From Eledone cirrhosa (lineage: Eukaryota): 64,000 nucleotides of DNA. Below the pieces are notes generated by a model. It ran no database searches, was not told where the DNA came from, and worked only from the letters and a program-made list of their open reading frames with translations. The DNA is taken from contig OZ024742.1 in NCBI GenBank assembly GCA_964016885.1, positions 104,594,001-104,658,000 on the forward strand, given 5' to 3'. This document shows positions 13,195 through 24,935 of this stretch, in pieces. Position numbers and translations under genes: made by a program. How positions within the stretch are numbered: position 1 is the first letter of the stretch; each line of letters begins with the position of its first letter.

Positions 13195-13632
13195 TACAAC
13201 AACAATAATCTGGAATATGGCAACCCACATAGACAGGACAATCAAGGCCAATTGATCAGATATTGCTGTTAAGGAGAACCAGGAAAGAAAGATCAGAAAG
13301 ATCAGAAACAACAGATGATAATGTATCTCTAAAAAATGTAGAAATTATCCAACTATAAAGATCTAGAAATAGAGATAACCAGAATGTAAAACAATCCCTG
13401 GAATAACAAGTGCATTGGAAATTATTATAGAATGTGAAAATAAATTCAAGACCCAAACCCCATGATTTACAAATATGAACACCATACAGAAAGTAACACT
13501 ACTAGGCTCTGCACACATATAACATAGAAAACAACAAACAAAATAAAACACTGCACCTATGCAAGGAGTACAGAGCTGTGCTCTCTAGTGCAATGGAAGC
13601 ACATAATAAAACTAACATGACTGAAAAATAAT
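13195..13632 (+). pseudogene. Decayed R4/Dong-like LINE 3' end (restriction-like endonuclease region)
   Basis: Pieces translate as TIIWNMATHIDRTIKAN*SDI, NYKDLEIEITRM, IQKVTLLGSAHI, resembling the R4/Dong RLE C-terminus; ends toward (TAA)n. Confidence 0.7.
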
Positions 13633-13830
13633 TGTTTCTGATTTAGGCACACAGCCAACAATTTTTGAAGGAAGGGAAAGTTGATTAAATTGACCCCAGT
13701 GCATTACCGGTACTTTCTTTTATTGACCCCATAAGGATGAAAGGCAAAGTTAACCTTGGCAGGATTTGAACTCAGAATGTAATGGGAAATAACTATATGC
13801 TGCGCTGCCCTACTGATACTGCCAATCCAC
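13633..13830 (-). mobile_element. SINE family 1 with 21-bp TSD
   Basis: CTAACATGACTGAAAAATAAT at 13612-13632 and 13831-13851. Confidence 0.85.
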
Positions 13831-14622
13831 CTAACATGACTGAAAAATAATAATAATCATTTCTAATATATGCACAAGACTTCAAACTTGTTGATTTTAT
13901 TAAATCAATACTTAACACAGGTCGATAAAATATTTTTTCAACACTGAAAGGATGAAAAGTAAAGTTGACTGTGGTGAGATTTTAATCCAGAAGATATTTT
14001 GTCAGTTGCTCAAATGAATTGACCAATTCATGAGAAAAAGAAGAAAATTATTATTATAATAACAATGATAATAGATGACAGGTTAAAAACTTACAATGAA
14101 TTTTCTTTGAGTTCTTTGAGGTACTTTAGTATGTACGTATGTGAATGTATGTGTATATATGTATAACAAATTTTTCTTTTTTAGATATGCGAGAAACTTT
14201 CACAAACAAACACATACAAACAAGTCTCAGGTATTTAATCCATTCTATAAATCTCTGGCTTATGACTATATATCTTTACAATTGTTTTTGCCGTGTAAAA
14301 TATTGGGATGCAATGTTACTTCAGAAGTCTAATTTCTGTAAATCTGTCCTGTGAAAACCAGAAATATAATCTATAATTATATATACACATATACATATAT
14401 ATGTGTAATTATATATACACAGGTATTGGAGGAAAAATGATCTAGTGCAGTTCAAATTGGAAAGTTAAGAGCATGTGGAAATAAGGTGAAATTGTGGAAT
14501 ATTATGTTCCTGAAGTATAAAGAAATTATGCCGAGGTCTTGAGGTCTTTGGAAGTATCTGAACAGGCTGCTTGAACCACATAGTTAAACACAATGACAGA
14601 ATATGTGTGAATAAGTAGGTGG

Positions 14623-14685
<63 letters not shown>

Positions 14686-15084
14686 GAGAGAAAGAGAGAG
14701 AGGTGGGGGAGTGAAAGAGACAGATAGATGGAGGGGGATTGAGAAAAAAAAGAGTAGGGTATGTTGAAAAGAAAGAGGGAGGAGTGAAATGGATGGAGTA
14801 AGAGTGAAGGGTGTGAATTATAAATACAGAAAAGAATAATGTGGAAAGTATGGATACTGGGTGGGGCATCAGAGCCCAACGAAAACTATACAAGAGAAAG
14901 AAAGAGAGATAGAGAGAGGGTGAGAGTTGAAGAGAGGTAGAGAGAGAGAGAGAGTAGTGGGAGAGATAGCTGCTTGAAGTTGACAAACAAAAATCCTGCT
15001 GAGTTGGCCAATAGAGGGAAGGAAAAGAAGACAAACACACACTATAGGTAGTCAGGCAAGCTACTCTCTCACCTGACCTAATAA

Positions 15085-15375
15085 TTTACTTCTACTTTTG
15101 GACAAGGCCAGCAATTACCCCAGTGCATTACTGGTGCTTTATTTTATCGATCCTAATAATGGTTTCTTATATAGGCACAAGGCCAGCAATTTTGGGGGAG
15201 GGAAAGTCGATTAAATCGACCCCAGTACGTGGCTGGTACTTCATTTTATCGACCCCATAAGGATGAAAGGCAAAGTTAACCTCGGCAGGATTTGAAATCA
15301 GATCATAAAGGGCCGTAACTCTATACTGCAAAGCATGGCGTCCGACCCTTTACCAATACTGCCAATCCACCGCTC
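15085..15375 (-). mobile_element. Nested SINE family 1 copies
   Basis: Short copy 15085-15150 plus full copy 15160-15372; TTTTATCG.TCCTAATAATG duplicated. Confidence 0.8.
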
Positions 15376-16796
15376 TTTTATCGTTCCTAATAATGAAATG
15401 TATTTCTTTTCCTCACAAAGTATCCATGAATAAGGGAAATAATTTCTTCCCTCCCCCCTGCATTGACAGGTATCAGAGAGTAAGGTAATCTTTAAATTGC
15501 CACAATCACTGAAGTGTTCATAAAGATCGGGGTGGAGGGTAGAATCCAATTTGACACAGGATATGTGGATGAAGAGAAAGTTGTTTAATGGTGTAGACTA
15601 AAGAAAATGTCACAAAATAATATTTATAAACATAAAAAAAAATGATGATAACGATGATGAAAATGGTGATTATTGAAGTGCTAATGCAACTGGTAATGTT
15701 GATGGTGTAGGGTAGTAGGACATTTGATAAGAATCACAGTTTTCCATAGTGTGGAGAATTTTTATCTTTTGGGGAAACAATAGCTTGGGACTCAAATAGT
15801 GCTTAGCTGTTGAAAAATCCCTTTAGTAGAATTTTGATTATGTTGGTAATATATGGGCCTTAAACAGCAGTTGCCTCTGAAAGCATGTGCTAGTATTTGT
15901 AGTGAGGGAAGCAAATATGGCGTAACTCACTATGTTTGATCAGAGGACAGAAATTGCATGCTACTGAGTAGATGTGGTGTGTAATCATGTCTTTAATTGA
16001 CTAGGGATTTTTGGGGGGCTCTAGTGAGTGCATTTTATGACACCAGCACTAAGGAGGTTGAAGAGTTCTACCAACACTGTTTGGTAGGTTTTTCTATAGC
16101 TGGATGATTACTGTCACAGTTTTTAATTTATAATGGTAGGAAATGGAGTCCTTTCAAGCATGATACATTGTCAGAGAGTGATTCCATTATATATTTGGAT
16201 TGAGACTGGTCACAATTTTGTGTCATAGGTTGTAAACAATAGTAACTTTAGGTATATATACCATTGACATTTTTCGCCTTTATCATACAAAACTGCCTGA
16301 AACCACCCTTAGTTCTATGATACTAAACTGTTCAGCTTAAAATGTTTATATTTATCTAAAAATCCTCCATCATAATCATATACAATAACCTTTGATAAGA
16401 TATGTACCAAACATCAGCTTAATAATGGTTTTTGATTTAGGTACAAGGCCAATAGTTTTGGGGGAGAGAAAAGTCGATTAAACCAACTCAAGCACATTAC
16501 TGGTGCTTCACTTTATCGACCTTATAAGGATGAAAGCAAAGCTAACATCAGTGGCATTTGAACTCAGAATGTAAAGAGCTATAACTCTATGCTGCAAAGC
16601 ATGTTGTCCAAAACCCTACTGATCCATCAGCTTAATAAAGAGACAGTTATCTATATTACTAAATCACTCCAAATTCCTGATTGTTTTCAAAATGATTTGA
16701 AAATCATAGGCTATGTCTTTCAGTAGAAATAAAGTAACAAGATGTTTAAGCTATAGCCTCTATATTTAGTTTATATAATATACATATATGTATGTA

Positions 16797-16884
<88 letters not shown>

Positions 16885-16891
<7 letters not shown>

Positions 16892-17879
16892 GTGAGGTTT
16901 TTTTTACAAAATGAAAAATAACCGAGGTGTCCTACACGAGTGAAAGTATAAAGAAAAAGAGATGAAATCGAAAATGCAACTGAAGTCTTATTTTTTTAAA
17001 AAATATATATATTTATTTGGTTCCTTTACCGGTTTCGCAGTTCTTCTGCTTTTCAAAAGGTGAGTTGAGATGGAAGGTCTGTGGTTTTTCTCACATCTGG
17101 TTGGTCTCTGAATGTTACTTGTTTTATATGGAAAAAGTGGCTCGAAATTCCAGGTTTTTCGAGAAGTAATTTGATTGGTTTGTCAATAATTATAATAAAT
17201 TTCGCGCCAGTTCGCGTTACAATAGTTCTTCAAATAAGAGAGGGGGGGGGGGGGTTGTCACAGGTTGTTTTTTCATATATGAGTGTTTGAATTTCTTTTT
17301 ACTTGAAAAAGGAGGCTCACGAAGGCTTTTTTTTGGTTGGTTATAAATGAAATTTGGCTGTCACGTGAACAAGTTTTCATTACATTTTTGCGCCCTTATT
17401 TGGAAAACTATTCTGTAGTCTTTATAGTGAATGTTATGACAATGGAGAGATAGTGGTCAAGAGAAAAGGGATTGGGAGAAATGTTCTGGTTCAGTGAATA
17501 TGGCCAGCTCGCCGGGGTGTCAGAGTTCAGATTTTCTATTGAGACTGAAGATATGTATGTGCCCCCCCCCCCCCCCCCCCCCCCTCTCTTATTTGAAGAA
17601 CTATTGTAACGCGAACTGGCGCGAAATTTATTATAATTATTGACAAACCAATCAAATTACTTCTCGAAAAACCTGGAATTTCGAGCCACTTTTTCCATAT
17701 AAAACAAGTAACATTCAGAGACCAACCAGATGTGAGAAAAACCACAGACCTTCCATCTCAACTCACCTTTTGAAAAGCAGAAGAACTGCGAAACCGGTAA
17801 AGGAACCAAATAAATATATATATTTTAAAAAAAAATAAGACTTCAGTTGCATTTTCGATTTCATCTCTTTTTCTTTATA
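16885..17879. mobile_element. Penelope-like family C element with about 310-bp near-perfect inverted arms
   Basis: 16947-17254 is the reverse complement of 17562-17879; same sequence at 33180-33495; long (TA)n on both sides. Confidence 0.75.
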
Positions 17880-17905
17880 TATATATATATATATACATAT
17901 ATATG

Positions 17906-17949
<44 letters not shown>

Positions 17950-17953
17950 TATG

Positions 17954-17986
<33 letters not shown>

Positions 17987-18369
17987 CATCATCATCATTT
18001 TACGTCCACTTTTCCCTGCTGCAAGGGTGGGATGGGAACTGATTCTGGCTTGATTTCTACAGCTGGATGCCCTTCCTAACACCAACCTCATTTACAGTGA
18101 GTGCTGGGTGCTTTTTTTCCGTGGCACCTACACGTCCACTTTACAGTGTGGGCTGGGTGCTTTTTTGTCATGGCACCTCCACGACCACTTTGCAGTGGAA
18201 TGAGAGGGACCCCAGTCACTATCATCTCATTTCTACAGCTGAGTGAACTGGAGCAATGTGAAATTAAGTGTCTTGCTCAAGGAAACAACACATCACCTGG
18301 TCTGAGAATTCAACTCACAACCTTTCGATTGCAAGCACAATGCTCTAACCACTAAGCCATGTGCCTCCA
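17987..18369 (-). mobile_element. Chimeric tRNA-head/RTE-tail SINE
   Basis: Same structure as 5688-6025, with one extra internal 42-bp-like repeat; TA flanks. Confidence 0.8.
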
Positions 18370-18512
18370 TATATGTGTGTATATATATGTATATATATAT
18401 ATGTGTGTGTATATATATATATATGTATATATATACATATATATCATCCTCATCATCATTTTACGTCCGCTTTTCCCCGCTTTTCCTATATATATATGTA
18501 TATAATACATAT

Positions 18513-18547
<35 letters not shown>

Positions 18548-18553
<6 letters not shown>

Positions 18554-18642
18554 GTGTGTGTGTGTGTCCCCCTGCTTCAATGTATACACCTATATATTAG
18601 AATGCTGTTGAAGTGTGTATACATTTTTTGGGACACCCTGTA
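18548..18642. mobile_element. Tiny Tc1/mariner-like MITE
   Basis: Ends TGGGACACCCTGTA; inverted copy at 55497-55581; TA flanks. Confidence 0.55.
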
Positions 18643-18665
18643 TATATATATATATATATACATAT

Positions 18666-18696
<31 letters not shown>

Positions 18697-19251
18697 TGCT
18701 ATGACCTGCTCAGTTGCTTTTGATTTGTTAGTTAGGACAGCCATGATTGAGGAAACATATGATCAAAGGCATTTCAGCTTTGATCATCTCATCTCAATTT
18801 TCAAAGATAGTATCTAGAATAAAATCATGTTAAGTGAGGTATTTTTTTAATGTTTCAGAGTGATTGGGCTGCTATTTCTAGCAGGTAAACTGACAATATA
18901 GAAGCTGTCTCATCGACCTATCCAGTTAATAAATACAGGTTACTGTCGACTTTTTTAACATTTTTTAACATCCACAAACCTGGCCTATCTATTTGTTATT
19001 TGTATATCTAGTAATGTTGTTGACTGTCACACTCTGTGGTTTATGTAATAAAAATACCATGTATGTGTAATCAAGCAAAAATTACTTCAGTTAAATGCAC
19101 ACACACACTACAGGAATGGATATAATCACACAATAATCACTGCCCTAGGAATTCAACTTATTGAGTTATAGTGACTCCATCTTGATATAAACATGGTGGA
19201 GCTCATCTCTCTGTACATCTAAAAATAACTGATTTCATTGAGAGTTAAAGC

Positions 19252-19307
<56 letters not shown>

Positions 19308-20353
19308 TCAACTCTAGGACTTGAATGATACTTTATTGATTCCAAAGGATAAAAAGTAAAGTTGACCTCAGTAGTATTTCAACTCAGAATACAGAAACAC
19401 ATAATGAATACTGGAAGGCATTCTATCCAATACCTTAATTACTCTGCCAAATTACTATCTTATCATTATTTCTCTAAGAACAAAAATACATAAAAATAGT
19501 TAAAGTCTGTTCCAAGCCCTGAGGCTTACCATGTCAGAGCTTATCCTAGTTTCCTTGTCATTAAGCAACTGAGAGTACAAGGCTCTTCTCTGGATGAGAT
19601 ATTAGTCAATCTCAAGTTTAATCCCCAAGTACTGCTGGCACTCATTTTCAGTTGAGTGAACTGGAGCAACATGGAACGAAAAGTCTTGCTCAAGGATGCA
19701 ATGAACTGTTGAATCAGGACCTCAAACTCTCAACCTCATGATCATGAGCCTAACACAACACCCTGACCATAAGACTATGCATCTTCACTCTAAGAACAAT
19801 TAAATGAAAAACCAAAAGCAAAACTATAAACAAATCATAATGTAGAGTTTTTCCATTGAAAAAAAATCTCAGAAAAAATTCTGTTTCCCAGAGATAATAT
19901 AGGTTGTAGGTTTTGTTGATTCATTAAATGACATTTCATTATGACTGGAGTGATTTTACAGACTGACATATTGTAAATATTCCACCGAAAAACGGTTTTA
20001 TTCAGGATTGTTTCCTGTAGAAGTGTGACATGACATCATGAAAACAGTAATTTTCTTTAAAGTATTTTGATAAACTATTTGAACAGAAGGAGCCCCATGG
20101 GGTGGGGTGGCTGTTGTAGCAGGTGTCACTGGCTATTGCCTGCAGAAATGCCTTTTCCATTTCATCTGTGGGTGCGAAACGCCACTCAGATTTAGGTGTA
20201 GTGTCTGTCCCCCTCTCCTTTTCCCCCTTTCTTTCATTCATTAATAATCCTTGCCTTTTCCTCTCATTTATAGTCTTTTGCAATGCTACATTTTTTTTCT
20301 TTTATGTTTGACTAAATATTAATTTATATATATATATATATTAAAATAGATAT

Positions 20354-20505
20354 CTGATGATTTTTTCTGATGATTTCTTCCGAATGAAACAGTTCTAATC
20401 CCATAGAAGCCATTTCTATATTAAACTTGATGTTTACACTCTACTAATGTAATGAATACCTTACTTACTGTGGTTATCCTTAATTGAAACTGGGGCTAGG
20501 ACTCA
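20354..20505 (+). mobile_element. Short TA-flanked element with decayed hammerhead-like motif
   Basis: CUGAUGA UUUC UUCC GAAU GAAA CAGU UC; stem I poor; related copy at 36825-36940. Confidence 0.4.
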
Positions 20506-20522
20506 TATATATATATATATAT

Positions 20523-21030
20523 AAGAGGGTGTTAAAGTTTGCTTGAAGCATTGTGAAATGTGTAAAATACGTATTTAAGAAAGCCACAACAATGCAGAGG
20601 GAAATCTCGAGGTAGGAAGTGAAAAATAGATAGGAAAAACAGGTGAAAGTGAAAATTGAGAGAGACAAAGATGAAAACAAAACAAAGGTAGAAGGGTTAC
20701 CGTAGTAGAGATTTAATCCCAATATTTCGGGCTCACGCCCATCAACGGGGGAAAGTTCCAAAAGAGGGGGAACAGGCCAAGCGGAGAAAGTTGTGATGTC
20801 GTTAAGAGAGGAATGCCGTTTGGCCTGTTCCCCCCCTTTTGGAACTTTCCCCCGTTGATGGGCGTGAGCCCGAAATATTGGGATTAAATCTCTACTACGG
20901 TAACCCTTCTACCTTTGTTTTGTTTTCATCTTTGTCTCTCTCAATTTTCACTTTCACCTGTTTTTCCTATCTATTTTTCACTTCCTACCTCGAGATTTCC
21001 CTCTGCATTGTTGTGGCTTTCTTAAATACG

Positions 21031-21037
<7 letters not shown>
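20523..21037. mobile_element. Fold-back element with about 218-bp inverted arms, probable Penelope-like pLTR
   Basis: 20563-20780 versus 20820-21037 near-identical inverted; each arm carries a hammerhead-like fold; (TA)n flanks. Confidence 0.7.
20848..20883 (+). ncRNA. Variant-core hammerhead-like motif (mirror copy at 20717-20752, minus)
   Basis: UCCC CCGUUGA U GGGC GUGA GCCC GAAA UA UU GGGA; helices intact, core CCGUUGA instead of CUGANGA. Confidence 0.5.
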
Positions 21038-21111
<74 letters not shown>

Positions 21112-21116
<5 letters not shown>

Positions 21117-21190
21117 ATGTTTAACCCCAACGGCAGAGCGCAAGCCGTTTTGACGGCTATTTCTGGACGAAGAAATAGCCGTCAAAACAT
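21112..21190. mobile_element. Short hairpin element, same family as 57331-57512
   Basis: GAAAATGTTT.ACCCC.ACGGCAGAGC..AA.CCGTTT.GACGGCTATTTCTGGAC shared; internal 18-bp-arm hairpin. Confidence 0.6.
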
Positions 21191-21621
21191 GGGTTATCTA
21201 TATGGGTTATCTATATATACATATAGCATGGGTTATCTATATATACATATATTTACATATATGTATATATAGATAACCCATGCTAGCGTGGAAGATGGAC
21301 ATTAATCGATAATGATGATGATGTGATTCATTGAATTACAATTACAGTCCATTCAATGGGCTTCCAAACAGTTTCTGTCTACCCAATTTCACTCACAAGT
21401 CATGGGGGTGACCTAAGGATATGTTAAATGACATTTGCCCAAGATGCTGGATCCACACATCCAGTCAAACAACAAATGTTGACTGACACCTTTAGCTAAT
21501 CTCTCTAAATACACCCAATTCCATTCTCTGCATACTTACACCAGTCTTGGCCTTGCTTTTAAAGCAGCCTTATTATTGGCCCAATCAGAAGGTTGATATG
21601 ATGATGATAATGATTATGATG

Positions 21622-21702
<81 letters not shown>

Positions 21703-21718
21703 GGTGGTGGTGGTGGTG

Positions 21719-21758
<40 letters not shown>

Positions 21759-22169
21759 GATGATGATGATGAAAATACTTTACAGTTCATAGCTACTGAT
21801 CTGTTTGTTAACTTAAGCATAGTGTTCACAGTTCACTGAGCTGCTGAGCTGTCAGGTGTAGGTGCCAAATCATCTTGGAATGTTAACTGCAATAATCAGA
21901 AGAGATTGATTCATCTACCAGCTGCTCCACACTATCTAAATAGAAATACAGCTAGGCTGCAGTCCTTAATGAAAGTAGAGCTAGTTGTCAATCCTTAATG
22001 AAAATACAGTTAGATACCAACTTCTAGAATTCTCTTGGAGTTTAGAAAGCATAGAATATCTGCTTTATTAATATATTACATGTATGAACCCATATCTTTT
22101 GATGGAGTTGCAGGGATGTTGTTGTGACATATGGTGTGTCTTGTACATTTTAAACCTGGCAGAGCCTAT

Positions 22170-22410
22170 CATCTTCTTCGCCTCCTTATTCCTGAGAGAG
22201 TCGTGGGGGCAGGGTCCTCAAACACTCCTTCCAGTGGGTCCTGACAGAAGCAACCATCTCCAACTGAACCAGCTGGATCACCAAGCAAGACCAGCCAATC
22301 TCATGGATGTTATCCAACCATCTTGCTCGGGGTCTAACCCTGGGTCTCTTGCTAGTTGGTATTGCCCATAAAATCTGTCCTGCGATTCTTTCCTGAGACA
22401 ACTAACCACA
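22170..22410 (-). mobile_element. Decayed RTE-like LINE 3' end (third family)
   Basis: KRPRVRPRARWLDNI...WKECLRTLPPRLSQE; related tips at 24040-24090 and 36690-36770. Confidence 0.6.
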
Positions 22411-24109
22411 TGCCATAATATATGAAATGTGTCATCTGTACAGCTCTTCCTCCCAATTAAACAATAAATAAAATTATCTTCCTGGATAATGGGTTTTATT
22501 ATCATTATCATTTAACGTCCGTTTTCCTTGCTAGCAAGGGATTCTCTATCCTACATAAATTTCCATAAAGAAAACAGGAAATCAGGAATGTAATCTCATG
22601 AACCATTTTGAATATTTATTTAGTGCCTTTACTGTTTGATAAATCAACTTATGGAACTCTATTTCACCACTGTACCTGTTTGCAGCTAGGTATGACTGAG
22701 CCAAGGTGGCAAATTGAATATTTGACTGTTGGATAGAATGTTTTGCAGTATTTATTTTGTCTCTCTGTGTTCTCTGAGTTCAAATCGCCCAGAGGTCAAC
22801 GTTGCCATTTATCCTTTTGAGGTTGATTAAAAAAAAAAGAACCAACTCAGCGTTTCTTTATACCTTCTCTCTCTTCTTCTCTGAAAGAAATTATCTGTGG
22901 GATGAGCTCTGCTAGATTTACAATGCCCAAGATGGCACCCTTATGGCTCCATCAGGAGTTACAGAACAATACATAAAAAATAAAACTATTGAATTGTACT
23001 TCATCACTGAACCCGTTTATAGTTAAATATTACTGAACTGTTGAGAGTTAAGTAACTTTTATAATACACTGCAATATGTATCACAAGGTACAAATAGCTA
23101 ATTCTCTGGTATCTGGCTATTGGAAATATTGCTGAATTTATTTCCCTTCCATGGACACTACTGAGGTTTGAACTCCTACACAGAAGCCTTAAAAATTAAA
23201 TCCAATTCAATTTAGTACACTTCAAGTTGTACAGATCTCAGTCAGACATGATAATTGTTTCAATCACAGACACAGGGACAGAAATTTAGAAGGAGGATGG
23301 GGTCACTCAATGATATCAACCCCAGTATTTGAGTGATATTTTATTTATCAACTCTCAAGAGAATGAAAGGCAAAGTAGACCTCAATGAAATTTAAACTCA
23401 GAATGTAAAAAGCTTGAATAAATACTACAATAACAACAATTTCTTCATAAGCAATAAAAGTACGATGTTACTAGACTAGTTAATTGTTACTTATCTCTTT
23501 TGATACCAATCCAGCCCAAACTCCAGCCTGATTCTATGAACCATAACTGCACATTTAAAGGATTTCTATTTACATTTAAATCTTAAATATAATTTTAGTA
23601 AATCATATAAAATCCTTTATTAATTAATTAAAATAGCGTGTATTTCATGGAACATACAATCTCAAAAGGGTTACATTCACACATTCCCTTAGAGGTTAAC
23701 TATGTGTGTCAGTTTTTGGACCATGTATTTTCTTCAACACCTCTGGTTCCATATTTTCTATGAAATACACTGCTCATGAAAGAGTTAAGCTATTGATCCC
23801 CTACCCACATGAGATATGAAAGGTAAAAATGATTTGGTAGGAATTGAACACTGATCTGTGAGTCATTTAGTTAGATACTGTAAAAGACATTTTGTACAGT
23901 ATGACACAACTATGTTGAATTCACTAGCTTCAATTTGATAAAATAACTAAGGTTTTTATGGAGGAAGCTTACAGGAAATCTTGATATGCACACTGCTTCT
24001 TCTTTTTTTCCTCCTCCTCCTTTTTCTTTTTCACCCACTAATTCCTGAGAAGGTCATGGGGGCAGAGTCCTCAAGCACACCTTTCAGAGGATGCAGTTCA
24101 AAGCAATTC

Positions 24110-24275
24110 AATACCAAAGTAGAGTTTTAATATTCATTTTATTAAGGCTAAATAGTGTCTTGTTACTCTGTAGTTTCACACCTGTCTATCACAGGGTTAT
24201 TGTGTGATGACCCTGTGATAAACAAGCGAAACTCCAGAGTAACAAGATTTAGCTTTAATAAAATTAATATATATA
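24110..24275. mobile_element. Fold-back element with truncated hammerhead
   Basis: Inverted arms around ..GTGATGA CCCTGT GATAA ACAAGC GAAA CTC CAGAG; same family as 2908-3068. Confidence 0.55.
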
Positions 24276-24309
24276 TTTATATATAAACTCAAAATTAACT
24301 TATACATGT

Positions 24310-24888
24310 ATTTACACCCTCAGCCTCCTGATTCCTCTCCCACCACCCCTCTATCCACACACGCACAGACACTCCGACCTACAACCCCCCCCCCCCCCCT
24401 CTTCCTGAACATGCAACCCCGTTCTTCCCCCAACCCTTACTTTCACATACACACACACACACACGTACACCTACACACACACACCACCTTCAGCCCTCCC
24501 CGCTCGGACACCCCATCTCCCTCTCCCCACTCCACCCGCCACCACCCCTACACACCCCACACCCTTCCACCACCTGTTTTACCCCTTTTTAATTTCAGTT
24601 TATTTTGATCATGCTTTATATTTATTTTTATTTCATTCCTTTTATTTTGATCATGCTTTATTTTTATTTTTATTTTTAATTTCATTCGCACCGTTTCCTT
24701 TCGCTATATGTCTCTCCACCACTCCCCTACACACCCTTTAAACTCTGTTCCCACACACTTCTCACCTGAGGAAGGGCTTATGCCCGAAACGTCGTTCCCC
24801 ACCACCACCCCACTCTCCAGAGCGTGAAATTAATAAACATTCGTTGTACTGCCTCTCTGTTTTGTTCCTGTTCAAATTTTTCCATTAT
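24310..24888 (+). mobile_element. Penelope-like 3' region (C-rich UTR, hammerhead, AATAAA)
   Basis: Hammerhead core at 24766, AATAAA at about 24832, ends in (TA)n. Confidence 0.6.
24762..24797 (+). ncRNA. Minimal hammerhead ribozyme motif
   Basis: CUGAGGA A GGGC UUAU GCCC GAAA CG UC; canonical core and GUC site; stem I only 2 bp (AC/GU). Confidence 0.65.
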
Positions 24889-24901
24889 ATATATATATAT
24901 A

Positions 24902-24935
<34 letters not shown>

